From Bugula neritina (Eukaryota > Animalia > Bryozoa): 64,000 nucleotides of DNA. Location: positions 20,691,700 to 20,755,699 of the forward strand of contig OZ037768.1 of the NCBI GenBank assembly GCA_964035545.1, in the 5' to 3' direction. A program made the position numbers and the translations under genes. The notes beneath the pieces are model-generated. The model was given only the letters and a program-made list of their open reading frames with translations. It did no database searches and was not told the origin of the DNA. How positions within the stretch are numbered: the stretch's first letter is position 1; each line of letters starts with the position of its first letter. Shown here in pieces: positions 1 through 23,764 of the stretch.

Positions 1-213
1 ATAAATAATCAGTTCTTAATAATTGGGTGAATGAACTACTAGGGTAATTATATTTTATACTGAAAATACTATGTATGGCTGATGTAATGATGCACACAAG
101 TTTTTAATCTAGGGTTTGTTTAAGTTTAGCCAACATGTAGTTCACAGCTCTAGGTTAGAAGCTGCTGCTTTTCACTTAATTTCATTGACCTCAAGCTAAT
201 TATTGCCTTGTAG

Positions 214-2346
214 AACTGATGAGCTGAAGCAAGGTGAACTGGTAGGAGAGGATAAGTATGGCAACAAGTACTACAGAAATGATGAGCATATCATGGGTCA
301 GTAAGCCCCTCCTTCTAAATTTTAAAAAGTAATTTTGTGAAACTTCTGGTTTATCAGTTTTAATTCAGTACCTAAAAGCTAAAATTGTTATTATCAAATA
401 ATATTTAATTACTCTAGCAATTGTGATTTTTGTTTAAAATGCAAAAAGCTTGAATCAGCAACAATATGCTCAATTACAGAATTTCTACCATCCACTTGAT
501 AATGTAATGTGGGAGTATTTTAACTCATTTTGTGTAGGACAGCTGTTTTAGGATTTGTCTTCTCATTAGCACAAAACGTATTTGCAAACATCTTTTGTGC
601 TGTTTACTATAATCTACACTCTCGCAGGAGATGCATTTAAAATGTTGGAAATAGAGACTTGACTAACTCATAGCTTTGTGGTAGGATTTAAAGTTGATAG
701 AATCTTTTTTAGGCAATGCAATTTTACAACTATTCTTTCTTAATTAGTTATCTATACAGTGAGTGTAGGCGGTGCTTGGCTTACTAGTACTTTGTCGTAT
801 ATTACTGTAAACTCACAAAATAGTAACAATACATGGTACACTTTTGAGAAAGAAGACAACTTCAAACATTATTACTTGCTTTAAAATTTTCAGTAGAAGA
901 AAATTAAGCAATTATTTTGAAAATTAAAATTATAATAAATATATAATGTATACTCTAGAGCAGGGCTGTCCAACAGGCGATCCCGGGGCCGGATGTGGCC
1001 CCCCAGCTTACATTTATGTGGCCCTCAAAGGCATAAAACTAATTTTTTTTTCACAGTATACAATTACATGAATTAAAGGGAAAAATCACTTTTCAAATGT
1101 TTCATTTATACACATGCTACAAAACATATAGCTTGCAATAACTATTGAGATTTTATTGTGTAATGATTCATTAGAATTTGTAATAAAATAATTTGAAAAA
1201 TACTGACATTGTGGCCCCCAGTTCAAGGTAAAGTTTACAATGTGGCCCCCCCCCCCCGCCACGAAATATTCCCTTTCAGTGGCCCTCGATCTAAAAAGGT
1301 TGGACACTCTAGACTCTAGAGTATTGTTTGACTGTGAATTATGCGTTAGTAAGTGTGTTGATAATCATTACGGACTGGGAATTTTTCAATCAATTTTATC
1401 TCACAGTTCTTTTAAACCCCTTTGTGCAAAATCAGCTAATATATTTCCAATGCTAATAGATCTTTTAGTCATCTAGCTTATTGGTTGAATGTTTTAAATA
1501 TTTCATAATGTTCAACTCTTTTATACCTAAAGCTTTATGAGCCAAGTAAAATTGCCAATTTGTATTCAACTATTTGAGTGTTTTCTCTATACTCATAGCG
1601 TTTTTACTCCCCTAAACTCTCTGGTATATATTGTTTATCTAGGTAGGAATAAATGGGTGGTGTATAGCGAGAAAGTAGGCATGAACTACGATGGATCCCA
1701 GGTGCCTGCTGAATGGTAAGTAGCTGTTTCTTTGTGTTCAATATGCCTCACCGAGTTTGACAATACACTCTGTACATATTTTTTCAATAGCAGAAGAGTT
1801 TTAGCATTGCTGAATATTCATTTGGATATTTAATTACCTGGCCACTTTATTAAATATTTATTATTATAAATCAACTGGCAACAATTTCTTAGATTATTAG
1901 AGTAAGTGTTGTTGATTCAATAGCGCAGAATTTAAAACCATTCCAACAGCCAATCTAAATTAGATTTTATAAAAGTGTTTTTTTTTAAATTTGGATTCAT
2001 CACTATAAAGGTTTGTAGTTTTATAGCTATTTATCAAAAAATATATCACTTGAGCAATTTGATCTTTGATAAATGTAATTTGTGACAAGTTTTTGTTCTA
2101 CAAATGTATATACTGTTGATTATTTTATTTGATTCAGTAAAATATAACGCATCAAGTTATTTTGATATCAGGCATAGATGGTTGAGTGACATGACGGACA
2201 CGCCCCCTACTGTCAAACCTCCCCTACAGCACAGCTGGATGATTGATCACATTGAGAATAAGACGGGAACTCAGCAGAGATACGTGCCTTACAGCACAAC
2301 CAGAGCTAAGATACAGTCGTGGCAGCCTCCCGCACCCTCCAAATAA
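214..2346 (+). CDS. NDUFA12: NADH dehydrogenase (ubiquinone) 1 alpha subcomplex subunit 12 (B17.2), 3' part; exons 214-296, 1643-1715, 2172-2346; the N-terminal exon(s) lie upstream of the window
   Basis: Spliced translation [64 protein letters not shown]...NKTGTQQRYVPYSTTRAKIQSWQPP carries the family motifs G.[20 protein letters not shown].WL and YVPYSTT. GT-AG junctions and phases are consistent. Confidence 0.95.
961..1313. mobile_element. Short non-autonomous hAT (Charlie-like) MITE in an NDUFA12 intron
   Basis: Left end CAGGGCTGTCCAAC, decayed right end ...AAAAAGGTTGGACA, repeated TGTGGCCC subterminal motifs, and 8-bp flanking duplication CTCTAGAG (953-960 and 1314-1321). Same termini as the 23386-28629 element. 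Confidence 0.8.
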
Positions 2347-3276
2347 ACCAACATTTGCTAGGAATTATGCTATATTTTTATGTACTTGGTATATGTTGTC
2401 GTATTTTATCTTTTTGGTTTTACTGCTAAATTCACGTCTTTTTCTGTCACAAGTAATATTTATGTGGAATTTTTGAAAGATTTGGTATAAATAAAGTTGT
2501 GGAGTTTTGACTGTCCCCTTTATTGATCTCCAGAAGTGATGGATTAGATATAGTATAGAATTATTTGGGGAGAACAATGCAGGTGTTTGCAAACAGATGC
2601 TTGCCATCTAATCAATATATACTACTTGCTTTGCTGAGTAGTTTTTTGTTAACTGTGATATAATATTACAGTGTTGTATTATTATAAAATATTCATGACC
2701 TATTTATTCCAAAGCTGGTGTAAAAATATTAAATCTATTTTCATTAACATAATTCTGAATTGTTATTCAATACTGTAAGGAGAGGTGGGGCCATAGAAAA
2801 TACATGGATGAAGAAAGGTACATGCAGTATTTAATGCTTTGCAGGAGATAATCCCTTGTGGATAAAAAAATTGCATGTCTTGAGACAACCATTTTATATA
2901 TGCAAATAAGTTATCGCTGTGTATTCATTCATGGTTTAACCGACAAATTATTAATGCATGTGTTTGTAATTAATACAACTTTATTCATAACTGGAAAATA
3001 TATATCTGATTTCTGCATTTTGAGGCCAGCTCTATAGACTGGCAGAAGAGGTAAGAAAACATTAATATAGATCATCTACATTAATGTAGATTAGCTTGCA
3101 TTATTTTTTTTGCAGTTTTTACAACTAGCAAAATAGTTGGCTGAACCTGAGCTTGACATTGTATAAAATTTCAGCAAATAATTTTAATTTCTTTCTTTTT
3201 ACCCACGCATATCGAGTCACGATACATTTATTTTTGAAATAGGTATAGAGCAAGTTATTATTCTCATGCAGAGAAG

Positions 3277-3421
3277 ATGAAGTGCAGAATACATCAGAAT
3301 ATTCTCATTTTGTTTATCTTAACATTCAACTCAGCTGAATGTGATGACCTTCACTCTGAAGGTTTCAATAAAACTACCAACAGCTCCGTAGTAGAGGTGG
3401 AAGCTATAGGTAATAAAACAG
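3277..3421 (+). CDS. Candidate signal-peptide-like coding exon (alternative 5' exon of the Ly6 gene, or a separate small secreted peptide gene)
   Basis: Acceptor TGCAG ends at 3271, ATG at 3277, MKCRIHQNILILFILTFNSAEC-DDLHSEGFNKTTNSSVVEVEAIGNKT, then a phase-1 donor G|GTAAG at 3421/3422. An upstream donor GAG|GTAAG is at 3050/3051. Confidence 0.35.
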
Positions 3422-4159
3422 GTAAGAAAAAACCACAAGGAAGTATGCATAGCCAAAACAGAAGCTTCGGGTTACAGGCATGTTGTCTTCGCAAAGCAAT
3501 AATTTGTTACACAAGCAGCTGTGTCCTGTTCTTGAATTAGACCATACACATAAAAATTAAACGCCTAAGCAAAACCCACAACTTTACAGCAAGTTAATGA
3601 GAATCTTCTATATTTTATATAAATAAAAGTATTGGACATTTACAATGTTAACAAGTGTTATTGGAGATAAATCTTTTTTTAGTACTGATAGGGAGCTGTA
3701 CTACATGCTTGTTTTAATGTTATGAAGGATTATAAGATAGTTTTTAGTGACAAGGTAATAAATAACCCTAATATAATAGTCAGTATTTTGATAACATTAA
3801 TTAATAATACTTTATTATTTATTGTTTATATGTTGCACACAGCATATAGGGTGGTATGGAGCCTATGGAATATGATGTCATTCTAATGTACAGGACGCAT
3901 CTCATATCTATACTATATGACTACTTAATTTACTTATCTGTTTGTCCTATCTGTTAATCTGTTTATCCTATCTGCCCATCCATTCATCTGCACATCTAAT
4001 ACTTCTGCACTTTACTGTCTTCTTTTTACCTGCATACATGTATGAGTATGAGTGCATGGGAGAATGCAAATGTTTGAGACAGAAAAATGTGTCAGAATAG
4101 TCAAATCATAATGCCTCAGAGCATTTTCACCATGCGTTGGGGTACTGTCACTATGTGTC

Positions 4160-4272
4160 GGACTACCTGCTACCACATGCCAGAGTACCTGTCACAACAT
4201 GCCCGTGTACCTGTCACAACATGTCAGAGTACCTGTCACAACATGTCAGAGTACCTGTCACAACATGTCAAA
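4160..4272. repeat. 22-bp tandem repeat (GAGTACCTGTCACAACATGTCA, about 5 copies)
   Basis: Repeat units are directly visible. Confidence 0.85.
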
Positions 4273-5686
4273 GTACTCAGAAGTCAGAATATTGAGAGTG
4301 TTATATGGCCTGCAGATTTATAACTGGAGTCCGAGGATATAATGCCGATTATAACTTGTACAAGGTTAGTGTTTAATTTTTTTTATATATTCGCCAGTTA
4401 CATGAACAAAATATATATGGAATATTTACATGATTGCTAATTCTAACAAATATATAAACATAATTTATGTGAATTTCACAGCAATAGCACAACCTTTGCA
4501 TTAATTTGACCATGAAATATTTCAAAAAGCACTTGAAGAAATTATAAAAGCATATAGGGTGATATGTACCCTGTAAAGAAAATGGAAATATATCCCTTTA
4601 TGACAAATCATTTTTGCACCCTTCTTTTAAAAAATATCTGTTTTTCAAAAAGTTATATAGTGGTCTAATAATATGTACAAGCTTTTAGGAAAATGAATTT
4701 TTAGCATATTTAAAGTTGAATCTTTTCTGAATCTCACAAATAAATAGAAAATGCACACACAAAGTGTTTTTATCTCCTTCATTTTTTAATAAACTGACAG
4801 TTAGAGGTAGTATTTATGTTGTTTATACTGTTCCCAAATGTTTACTGTTTCAAACTTGTAGTTGAAGTAAATTTTACATAAAATTTTTATAACACTTTGA
4901 TTTTGACTTTTCTGTGTTTTAGACATTATTGTATGATGACGTGTAACCCAATTTATAACGTTATAGGTATGGCTTACTAAAATAAATTTCTATTATATTG
5001 AACACATTTCATTGTAGTACCCTTAAATAATTTTTAAATGTTTTACTGTATATCTATATACAATTTTTTTCAAAATAAATGTAACTGAAGCTCCCTCTTA
5101 AATATGACTTATATTGCTGCATGTGCTTCAATAGATTGTGTATTGTTTGTTGTGGTTCTTTTTGCTGGTAAGTTTATGAAAATCAGCTTAAAATTTTAAT
5201 TTTGTAGAACTAAGAAGCTTCCTTTGTTTTCTAATAAAAGTATAAATTGAAGTCCTAGTGGCTGCTTCATGATAAAAAGTTTTTTAATATTTTTTAATAT
5301 TATGTAATTATCAACCGAGCTCGAAATGCAACATTATATTTAGAATTGTCTTTTCTCTTTTTTAAGGTATTTTCATCGACTTGTTATTAAAGACTTAATA
5401 AATCAAATTAATTTTATTTTTAGTTTTAAAGTTAAACTTAAACTAATAAAGTAAAAAAAATCACACAAATACTGCTGTGTGATAAGTAGAGCAGAAAGCA
5501 CACCAATGAGCAGACGATAAATATCCGCTAGTTTCATTTTCTGGTCTCGGCATTGCAGAATGTACTTTATTTGAATCTGTAAAAGTTTGCACCATAATTA
5601 ACATAATTTTAAAATAGCTGTGACCAAGAAGTTAGATATTGTATTTGTGTTTTAGACGCCAAATCAAGTACTGATTTCTTTTTGTG

Positions 5687-7353
5687 ATGTACTTTTCCTT
5701 GCAAGTAACTGTAGCTTTAATAGTATTTGGCCTTGGATTAGGTAAGACACTCGTGCTGACTCTTAGACTTAGTCTCACTATCACTATGAGTTTGACTATT
5801 CATTATAATTTATTATTTATAACTATACAAAAAACTTACTCATACTAAGATAACTAAGTTATGGAGCCTTTTAATGATAGTAAATCATCATAGGATTCAA
5901 TCTATTACCATAACAATATATTAATTGTTGTGAAAATAAATACAATAATATAAATTATTAAATAATTATAATACTATTAGTGTTACTATTGCAACATAAA
6001 CATGTTATTATTATAATTATTGAATTTTATATACTGATAGTTATAGTTATCATATACTTATAGAGTTATAGTAGGTAATGGTATTAATTATCTATATAAT
6101 ACATAATTATAATAGTACTCCTATGCTATAAATATAAATATAATGATAATGATACTATTAAACTAGTGGTAATACTGTATTAGTATTACTATATAATAAG
6201 CTGAGCATCATTGCTTTAAAGTACTTTAATATTTATTGAATAGGAAAAAAGAATTTAGTTTTACTGCGTAAAGTTCAAATCTAACATTATGATTAACTTC
6301 AAGTGAGCCAATATTAATTATATTCAACGTTTATGTACAATTGCTATCCTTTGGAATAATAAAGAGAATATAAAGCTAATTAATTAAAGTTGTTTTTTCG
6401 AAGCATTTATTTTTTTTCAACACAAAAACTAATCAATTTCATTTCTTGCGTGATTCTAAGCCCTATCTGATTACAGCTGATGGCCAGTGCCGACAATGCT
6501 ATAGTTGCAATAGTGTGGTTGATCCAAAATGTGCTGACAAAAACAATTTGGAGTCATTCATAGTAGATTGTTGTAATGATGCATCATGCCGTTATACATA
6601 CCAAACAAGTAAGCCTTTATTTTGTGTGATACACAAGTATAATTATATCTTTTTATTTTGTTTTATGGTTTAATTGCCCTTCCCATGCTTGCTTGTAATC
6701 AACATAGTATTTACAGAGTTATTCAAAGGTGCCAAACATGCAGTAAAAATATATAAATTTCATTGTGGTAAAGTTTTATTTATGTTTTGAGTGTAGCAAT
6801 AAATTTATTTGAGCACCTTAATTTTCATAGGTTACAAAAGAGTTTGATATTTTAGTAAGTCAAGTTCATGATTGAAATTTACTGAAGGTATAGAACTAAA
6901 AAAACTTCTTTAACAAATCTGAAAGCTAATTTAAAAAGTTGTTGTTGTAATTTTTGTATACTGGATTAGCAGCAAATGCACCCAGTAGTTGCCCAATTGC
7001 TAACTAAATTTGCTTTCTCTACAAACTTTATTTTTCTTAATACTCTTTTTCTAAATTCTTTTAGAAAAATAAGCTTGATAAAACTATTTGCAATGATTAT
7101 TTAGTGATGCAGCAGATCTGTTGTATTTGCAGTAGCCAATGAATATGCTAAAGGGAAAACCACTCGGTATATACGCGAATGTTCAAGTGCAGTGGAGGAA
7201 GATTGCACTTTATTTTCTGGTGAAGATAGAAGACAAAACTTCATTGGTCGTAGCTGCACTTGCAAAACAGACTTATGCAACACAGCTTGGCAAAATGCAA
7301 CAACCGTTTTGAAAATAATGTTTGTTTACATAGTTCTAACGTTTGCCGGCTAA
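5687..7353 (+). CDS. Ly6/uPAR three-finger, probably GPI-anchored protein (quiver/sleepless-like); exons 5687-5741, 6477-6608, 7133-7353; alternative first exon 5104-5167
   Basis: Spliced product MYFSLQVTVALIVFGLGL-ADGQCRQCYSCNSVVDPKC...DCCNDASCRYTYQT-IANEY...RYIRECSSAVEEDC...SCTCKTDLCN-TAWQNATTVLKIMFVYIVLTFAG*. It has a signal peptide, a CYxC start, a terminal C.C..DLCN motif and a hydrophobic GPI-type tail. Phase-1 GT-AG junctions; AATAAA at 7394. Confidence 0.85.
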
Positions 7354-7635
7354 TGTAAATAGCCGACATTTTACATTTGTGTTAGACTTCATTAATAAAA
7401 AATCAACAGCATTGTTCTTTATGTTTACAGTTTTAGCAAAATATACTGCATGATTTGTGTTCTAAAATGTCTCCCTATTTACAACATATATGCAACTATA
7501 CAAAAATCATATGATCAAAAGTCATGAAAAATGCTATAAAATATACAAAGTTTCTGCTTCAGTTTTGTGAAAGTTAATATAAGTAACAATCATGAATTTG
7601 AATGCAACAGTATGCCTACTATACATCTTAGGACA

Positions 7636-19871
<12,236 letters not shown>

Positions 19872-22073
19872 TATGAAACCTTTAGTCAGGAGTAAAATTG
19901 AAGCAAGGTACATTGAATTGCCTAACAGAACATAGAAGCATAACTATAAAAAGAAAAGATAACCACTTTAAGTTTATTTAATGAATTGTTTTTAACATTT
20001 TTCAATTTGTAATATTACTAACTCAGCCTCAGGGCAGCACCAACATGAACATGTATTTGATTTTGTAGCGTTACCAAAATTATTACTATAAGTTTTGCTG
20101 TATTAGTGTATAGTCACTTAGTGTATAAGAAGTAGAAAGTGCTGAAGTAAAATATTTAAATTATAGTTAATATTATTATTATTAATATTATTATCACCAT
20201 GATTGTGATGATCATAATAAATTTGAAATGATAAATATAATGATAGTAATACTAATACTAATACTAATACTAATAGTAATACTAATAGTAATAGTAACAC
20301 TAATAGTAATACTAATACTGTAATACTAATAGTAAGTGTTATAAAATTAAAAAAATAAATTCAGTAACCACGTTTCAATAATACAACTGCAAAATAATAA
20401 TTTAAAAATACGCATAAATTAGCTCTTCTCAGTTTATATAAATTTAAAAAAACATAAATGTGTAATAGTAATACTATAAGTACAAGTATAAGTAATACTA
20501 ATTTGAAAATTCAAAGGTGAAATAATCAGATAATAAATCGTTTAGGAAATCGTAAAGAAACACAAAATAGTGTAAACGCGACAATAGTAATTCAGCCGTC
20601 GTAAAAATATCTCGTGACATTTAAGCTTACTGTAGCGAAGATAACTTCTATATGTAACTTGTACTTCCAAGTTCCACTGTTTAGCTGATAAGGGCCATTT
20701 ATTAAATCAAAATAATATTATATGTTTTTTCATAGGCAAGTTACCCAATAAGAGAATATAATCAGTTTTTATTACCTTAGCCAAGCAGTAGCAGTCTTAT
20801 GGTACCTATGAGCTGTGGTTGGCGTGCACTAGATCTCACCTGGGTTCTGCTTGACATGTTATAAAAGATTATAAAAAATAGATGAATTATGCTGCACTTT
20901 AATCTCTCAGCAAAATATGTGCTATATAAATTATAATAGAATTCAAAGCACATAATGCATCATTTTTGCCTAAATAATTTTAGGTTATAAATAGAGTTTT
21001 GAACTATAATATATGCATATTTATAGCACAAAATCTAGATAGCAAAGCTATATGGTGTATGGGGAAGGAATTTCGCAGCTTGTAGAAATTAATTGCTCCA
21101 GCTAATATAAATAACATTATGTGAAAATATTTTTATACCTAGCAACTATAACATTGTTATAGTTTAAATTTCTTAAATATGAGTCATATCTGGCATATTA
21201 TGAGTCATTGCCTGATTATATGACAACATTCAACTACGGTGTTGTCATCCAATAAGGCTGGGATCAAATATTTTTTCAGAGAGGAGACAACTATTTTTAC
21301 GGTAAGCAGACAAATGAATCCAAATATAAATTTTATAATAGACTTTGTTTGAAAAATGTACATAACTTTATACTTTATTTTCAAGTGGTATTACCTATTA
21401 CCCTTATTACATAATATTGTATAAAAGAAGATTACTTGTCTACTGACTGCCTTATCTGTGTAACTAATATTGATTTATATAAAATTCTGCATTGTTTACT
21501 CCTATTATTAGTTCACCATGGAGCCTCAGTACTTCATAATTCAATGGAACAATTCATTCTATTGTAGGAAGAGGTCAATTTACATTACATTTAGCACAGC
21601 TATTACAGTCTATCTTTTATATTGCTCCAACTAATTGCATAGCTAATTCATTTCATATCAACACGCCAAGTTATCTCATTTAGAGTAAAGATCTTAGAGT
21701 GAGCATCTAATAAGAGGTATTTATAAATATGCAGCATACGCTAATATATAACCATGCTTACAGCATGAAATGTTGACATTTTTTTAGTAAGTTATAACTA
21801 TTTTTATGTGAGAATGCTAATTAAGTGCCTGACGTGCCATTTTCTGTGATTGAATAAAATATTACTATTAAAAGCTCAAGTATTATAGTTATAGGTTATA
21901 TTTGTAGAGTACTAATTGTTACTGTAGGGGTTAAAAAATGTTCATCTATACTTAGAATTTCAATCTACTCAATAGAGATGGAGTTGGTATTTAGATACTA
22001 CATGCAAATTCTAGCGAAACGCATGCTAGTAACTTCCTTTTTAATTGCTACAGGTGAGCCGACAGCATATCTC

Positions 22074-22940
22074 ATGGCTGACGCTTTGGCAAACATTGCT
22101 TGCTGTTTCGATGCTTCGAAAGACCTTGGTGAGACTTCAGTTGAGCTGGTTATATGTAACTGCTCAGTCACTAAGAGATGCTGCATTAAATGGGAGACTT
22201 TCACCTTTGTGGCAGCATTAGTATTCAGTTCAGTTGACTTCATAGCAGACGTGTTTGGGTACAAGAGTTTTGTGGACACAGTAACAGACAAACAAAAGAT
22301 TCAGGTGTACATAGACGTGTGGCTTGCGTTAATGATCATCAGTGGGGTCATTATCTTGAGTGAGATTTCCTTGCCCCTTTACAGTCTCATCAACATAACT
22401 GGTTGCTGTACCAAGGCCACTATGGAGGAAGAAGATGTTGATAAATATCGAGAAAAAACGAAATATTGGAGTCGAGCAAACAACATAGCTGTGGTTCTAA
22501 CTGAAGATGGAGTGGTTGCTTTGATTAAAGTACTGATAGCCTTTCGATCAGTTGATGCTGTTCAAGACTTACAAGAGACTGCTGGAGTCGTAAACTCTTG
22601 TATTGCATTTGCAGTTACATTTCTGAGACACTGTTTATTAATGATGCAAATAATCACCAAGTTAAGCAGAAATAACGTCCTGTTTTCAAAGCGCCCAGCT
22701 TGGGAATCTGGTTACTGTGTAAAGGCAACGCTGGGACTTTACTGCTTGTTTTTTCTCACTCTGTTCTTTTCTTGCTGTTCCATTGGTTTAACAGGGATGT
22801 CTATGGCGATATCTCTGAAACAGTTTGTCGTCCATCATGATGACATTGAAGACTTCATACTGAACATTACCTTACTGTGTGTTATTGTTCCTTGTATGAT
22901 GATATTGTCTGTTTTCATAATCATTCAGGCAAGATGGTAG
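22074..22940 (+). CDS. Uncharacterised 288-aa Cys-rich multi-pass (about 6 TM) membrane protein, copy A; single coding exon
   Basis: Open 320-codon frame. A polypyrimidine acceptor (TTTTTAATTGCTACAG, about 22053) is conserved in the paralog, so the likely start is MADALAN at 22074. Six hydrophobic segments. The intact paralog at 59978-60844 has the same length. Confidence 0.85.
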   Translation: MADALANIACCFDASKDLGETSVELVICNCSVTKRCCIKWETFTFVAALVFSSVDFIADVFGYKSFVDTVTDKQKIQVYIDVWLALMIISGVIILSEISLPLYSLINITGCCTKATMEEEDVDKYREKTKYWSRANNIAVVLTEDGVVALIKVLIAFRSVDAVQDLQETAGVVNSCIAFAVTFLRHCLLMMQIITKLSRNNVLFSKRPAWESGYCVKATLGLYCLFFLTLFFSCCSIGLTGMSMAISLKQFVVHHDDIEDFILNITLLCVIVPCMMILSVFIIIQARW

Positions 22941-23764
22941 GCAGGCAAAATTTTTTGGAAACTTTTTTCAAATCGATGTCTTTTACAATTTAAACTTCTT
23001 TTTAGCTTCTAGATGTTTATTTAATCTATTCTAAATTTGCTATGCTAAACAAAAAACCTGTAAATTATATAATGATATGCGGCAGATATTTGTTCTAAGG
23101 TATTATATTATTATCATTATTATTATAATGCAACTATACTTCATTATATGAATTATATTTTCATCCTGTTATTGATAATAATGTATTAATGATGTTTCTA
23201 CAATATACTACTTAGAATTTCTTGGTGATCTGTCTTGTATATATACTTTTTAGTGGATCGATTAAAAAACTAGATAGCATCTTGTCACTCTTGCAGAATT
23301 TAGAAAATGAGCTGTGTAGGAAACACAACTTCTCCAATTGTTCGTTTTTAGAAGGCACTGTAATCAAACTTTCAATACTCTAGATCAGGGCTGTCCAACA
23401 GGCGGCCCGGGGGCCGGATCCGGCCCCCCAGCTATATTTGTGTGACCCCCCAAGGTATAGCAAGTTACAAATTTTTGTTTATCAAATTTGCTAACTAGCC
23501 TGAAACAGCATCCCACTAAGAATTTCTATTGAAATTTAGTTTAAGTTCTTGTACAATATTGATCTGTGGGTGGCATGCGTGTTGCCTACTTGACATTGTT
23601 TAGCCTGAGATCAAACTACAACCAATAACAGCAAACTAGTCATTATAACCTGTTAGCTAGCAAGGCTGTAACTAGTAATGTAGACGCCTATATTATATAC
23701 TCATCTCTGCGCGTTCACTGAAGCGCAAAGTGATGCACAGTGCTTTTACTTAAAAAGAAATATA

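Noticed and set aside
21978-22073. N-terminal extensions of the TM ORFs in the ORF track
   Set aside because: They cross a conserved polypyrimidine-AG acceptor and diverge upstream, so they are most likely intron and 5'UTR.
21998-22291. Antisense ORF conserved in both TM paralogs (also 60627-60938)
   Set aside because: Conservation is explained by the near-identical sense CDS, with no independent coding signal.
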